A stretch of DNA of 63,548 bases, filler included, from Chiloscyllium plagiosum (lineage: Eukaryota): assembly GCF_004010195.1 (NCBI RefSeq). It is 4 parts of one record of this genome, joined end to end, with 100 filler letters (N's around TTAATTAATTAA, not from the genome) between each part and the next. Parts side by side here need not be neighbours in the genome. Positions count along the whole stretch, not along the records: positions 60,210 to 63,548 come from NC_057712.1; 3 more parts are not named here. One strand, 5' to 3'. A program made the translations under genes and the position numbers. The notes under the pieces are model-generated. The model saw only the letters and a program-made list of their open reading frames with translations. It ran no database searches and had not been told where the DNA came from. Below, in pieces: positions 61,705-63,548 of this stretch; position 1 is the stretch's first letter, and each line of letters opens with the position of its first letter.

Positions 61705-61990
61705 TTAATTCCCTGCATTGGCTTCAAGTCAAGCACATCATAATTTTTAAAGATCTCTCCTTCCTTTTCAAATCCCTTCATGGGCTTGCCTGTCTCTGCA
61801 ATCTCTTCCAGCCCACAGCCATTTTGAATTATCGGTACTCATTAATTCTAGCCTCTTGAAGCCCTCCATTTTTATCATTCCTCCATTTTACCATACTTTT
61901 AGTTGTCTGAGCCCTAAAGTCTGGAAATCCCTCCCGACACCTCTGTTTTTCATGTAACATATTAAGATATTTTTTGGACAGCAGTAAATT
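61705..61990 (+). mobile_element. L2 LINE 3' region
   Basis: CTGCATTGGCTT...TTCAAATCCCTTCATGG...CTGGAAATCCCTCCC (WxSLP). Confidence 0.7.
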
Positions 61991-62110
61991 TGAGTTTGCA
62001 TCCTACTACTCATGTGATACTGTTGCTTCACTGCATCGATGTCCAGATCTGTCAATTTAGTTTGCTGATGCAACTCATTTTGGGTTTCTTGTATGAGAGG
62101 GATTGTGTGC

Positions 62111-62410
62111 AGAATCATAGAATCCCTACAGTGTAGAAACAGGCCATTTGGCCCAACAAGACCCTCCAAACAGTAACCCACCCAGGCCCATTCCCCTACC
62201 GTATGACTCTGCATTTACCCCTGACTAATGCACCTAATCTACACATCCCTGAACACTGGGTAATTTAGCATAGCCCATTCAACTAACCTGCGCATCTTTT
62301 GGATTGTGGGTGGAAACTGGAGCACTCTGAGGAAACCCACGCACAGACTCTAAGAGAATGTGCAAACTCCACACAGTCACCCAAGGCTGAAATCGAACCC
62401 AGGTCCCTAG
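62111..62410 (-). mobile_element. HE1-type V-SINE (5'-clipped)
   Basis: Tail, V-domain and B-box on the minus strand. Confidence 0.9.
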
Positions 62411-62659
62411 TCAAGTGGTTCAGATTGTTATCCACATTTGCAGTGTTTTTGTTTTTTGATTTTGTGGTAAAGTAGTGCCTACGCTGTTGTTATCTCTCCT
62501 CTTGATTTTTGATAATACTTTCTTTTTCTCTGTTAAAATGCTGCTAGCCTTTTTTTTTTATTTATCAGGTGGGCCAGCCTAGCTTAATAGCATTTTCACT
62601 TGTATCATCTTGTCAGTTCATGCATTAAAATGATTACATCAGTGGTCATGAACTATGTG

Positions 62660-62767
62660 GCATCTGACGATACACATCTGAAAGCATCTTTGATCTCAGA
62701 AGCTAAGCAGATTCAATCTTAGTATTTGGTGAGGATACCACCAGAGAATACCAGGTGCAGTAACTTT
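62660..62767 (+). pseudogene. Degenerate 5S rRNA-derived sequence (probable SINE head)
   Basis: TGATCTCAGAAGCTAAGCAG...TTAGTATTTGG...ACCACCAGAGAATACCAGGTGCAGTAACTT follows vertebrate 5S (TGATCTCGGAAGCTAAGCAG...TTAGTACTTGG...GAATACCGGGTGCTGTAGGCTT). Confidence 0.85.
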
Positions 62768-63414
62768 AAGGGGAATGCGGTCCACTGTTGGCGTCCTTTC
62801 TCTGGGCCAGAAAGTCTGGGTTCAAGTTTCATTTCGGGATTTGATGGCTATTGAGATGTCATAACATCAGCAGCTATGTTGGTGAATGAAGAATCAGTGT
62901 GCATATTAAACAAGGGCACCTACCACAGATTTAAGTTCAAATAGTGTTTACAAGATTTCCTTTTCATAAGCAATGAATGTGGATTCTGATGTTTTCAACA
63001 AGCAATTTGTTAAAAATATTCATGTGGCACAAAGTGTACAGAATGGGTGCAAGATCATTTTTGACAAAGTAAAGATGAACATTAACTGGGTAATACATAG
63101 GAAAAACATTGACAGTGAATGCTAGATGTCCACTTGTAGTGTTTTCTAATCAACTTGTTCAGAGATACTATTACACACCTCTAAAGGTGGTCCAGAGGTA
63201 TGGGCACTATAGCTACACAATGTGCAGACAATTTGGACGTAGGTGGAGAAAGATTTGATGATTCAAGTAGATCGCTGTGAAGGAGTGTCGTTTGATTACT
63301 GAAGCAAATAGTGAGTATAGATATGATGGCCCCTTCTACGATTGTATACTCGAGCTAAAGCTTCAGTGCTACCCTCTTTTTCAGAGACAATATCACATTA
63401 ATAAATAATAATAT

Positions 63415-63548
63415 CAAAGGGCTGCGGGGAATGTACGGGCTTAATTTTATATTTTGGCAGTGGCTAAACCCAAGATACTACACGTGTAGTATTTCTCCCC
63501 CCCATCTTCCTCCTCCCCCCCCCCATCTTCCTCCTCCCCCCCCATCTT
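63415..63548 (+). mobile_element. Probable 5' UTR of another CR1 family, with a C-rich tandem repeat at 63494-63548
   Basis: Palindrome ATACTACACGTGTAGTAT followed by CCCATCTTCCTCCTC mirrors the UTR at 51560-51603 (-). Confidence 0.5.

Noticed and set aside
62660..62767. Functional 5S rRNA gene
   Set aside because: Many substitutions and deletions, a degenerate box C, and no tandem 5S array.

Overview
This is vertebrate genomic DNA, very likely a shark: it carries many HE1-type V-SINEs, CR1/HER1-type LINEs and Deu-domain SINE remnants, all recognised from memory rather than by database search. I see no recognisable host protein-coding gene. Nearly all long ORFs are broken retrotransposon frames: CR1 ORF1 (zinc finger/SGNH esterase), CR1 ORF2 (APE endonuclease and RT), L2 RT, and Penelope-like (PLE) RT and GIY-YIG. 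The strongest signal is a dense population of PLE terminal-repeat (pLTR) fragments from at least four sequence families. Most carry a minimal hammerhead ribozyme core (CUGANGA-stem II-GAAA-YGUH), whole or in part. Many are flanked by 10-23 bp target-site duplications (TSDs), several form palindromic mini-elements, and their 5' or inversion breakpoints cluster at the ribozyme. Other notable items are a 5S rRNA-tRNA chimeric SINE-like element, a 107-bp tandem array with a 3-unit higher-order pattern, a CR1 5' UTR with intron-like signals and a conserved palindrome, a four-level nested insertion, and a few unvalidated + strand candidate exons. Three 100-bp gaps contain an artificial TTAATTAATTAA linker, so adjacency across them is uncertain. 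Boundaries of old repeats are approximate.
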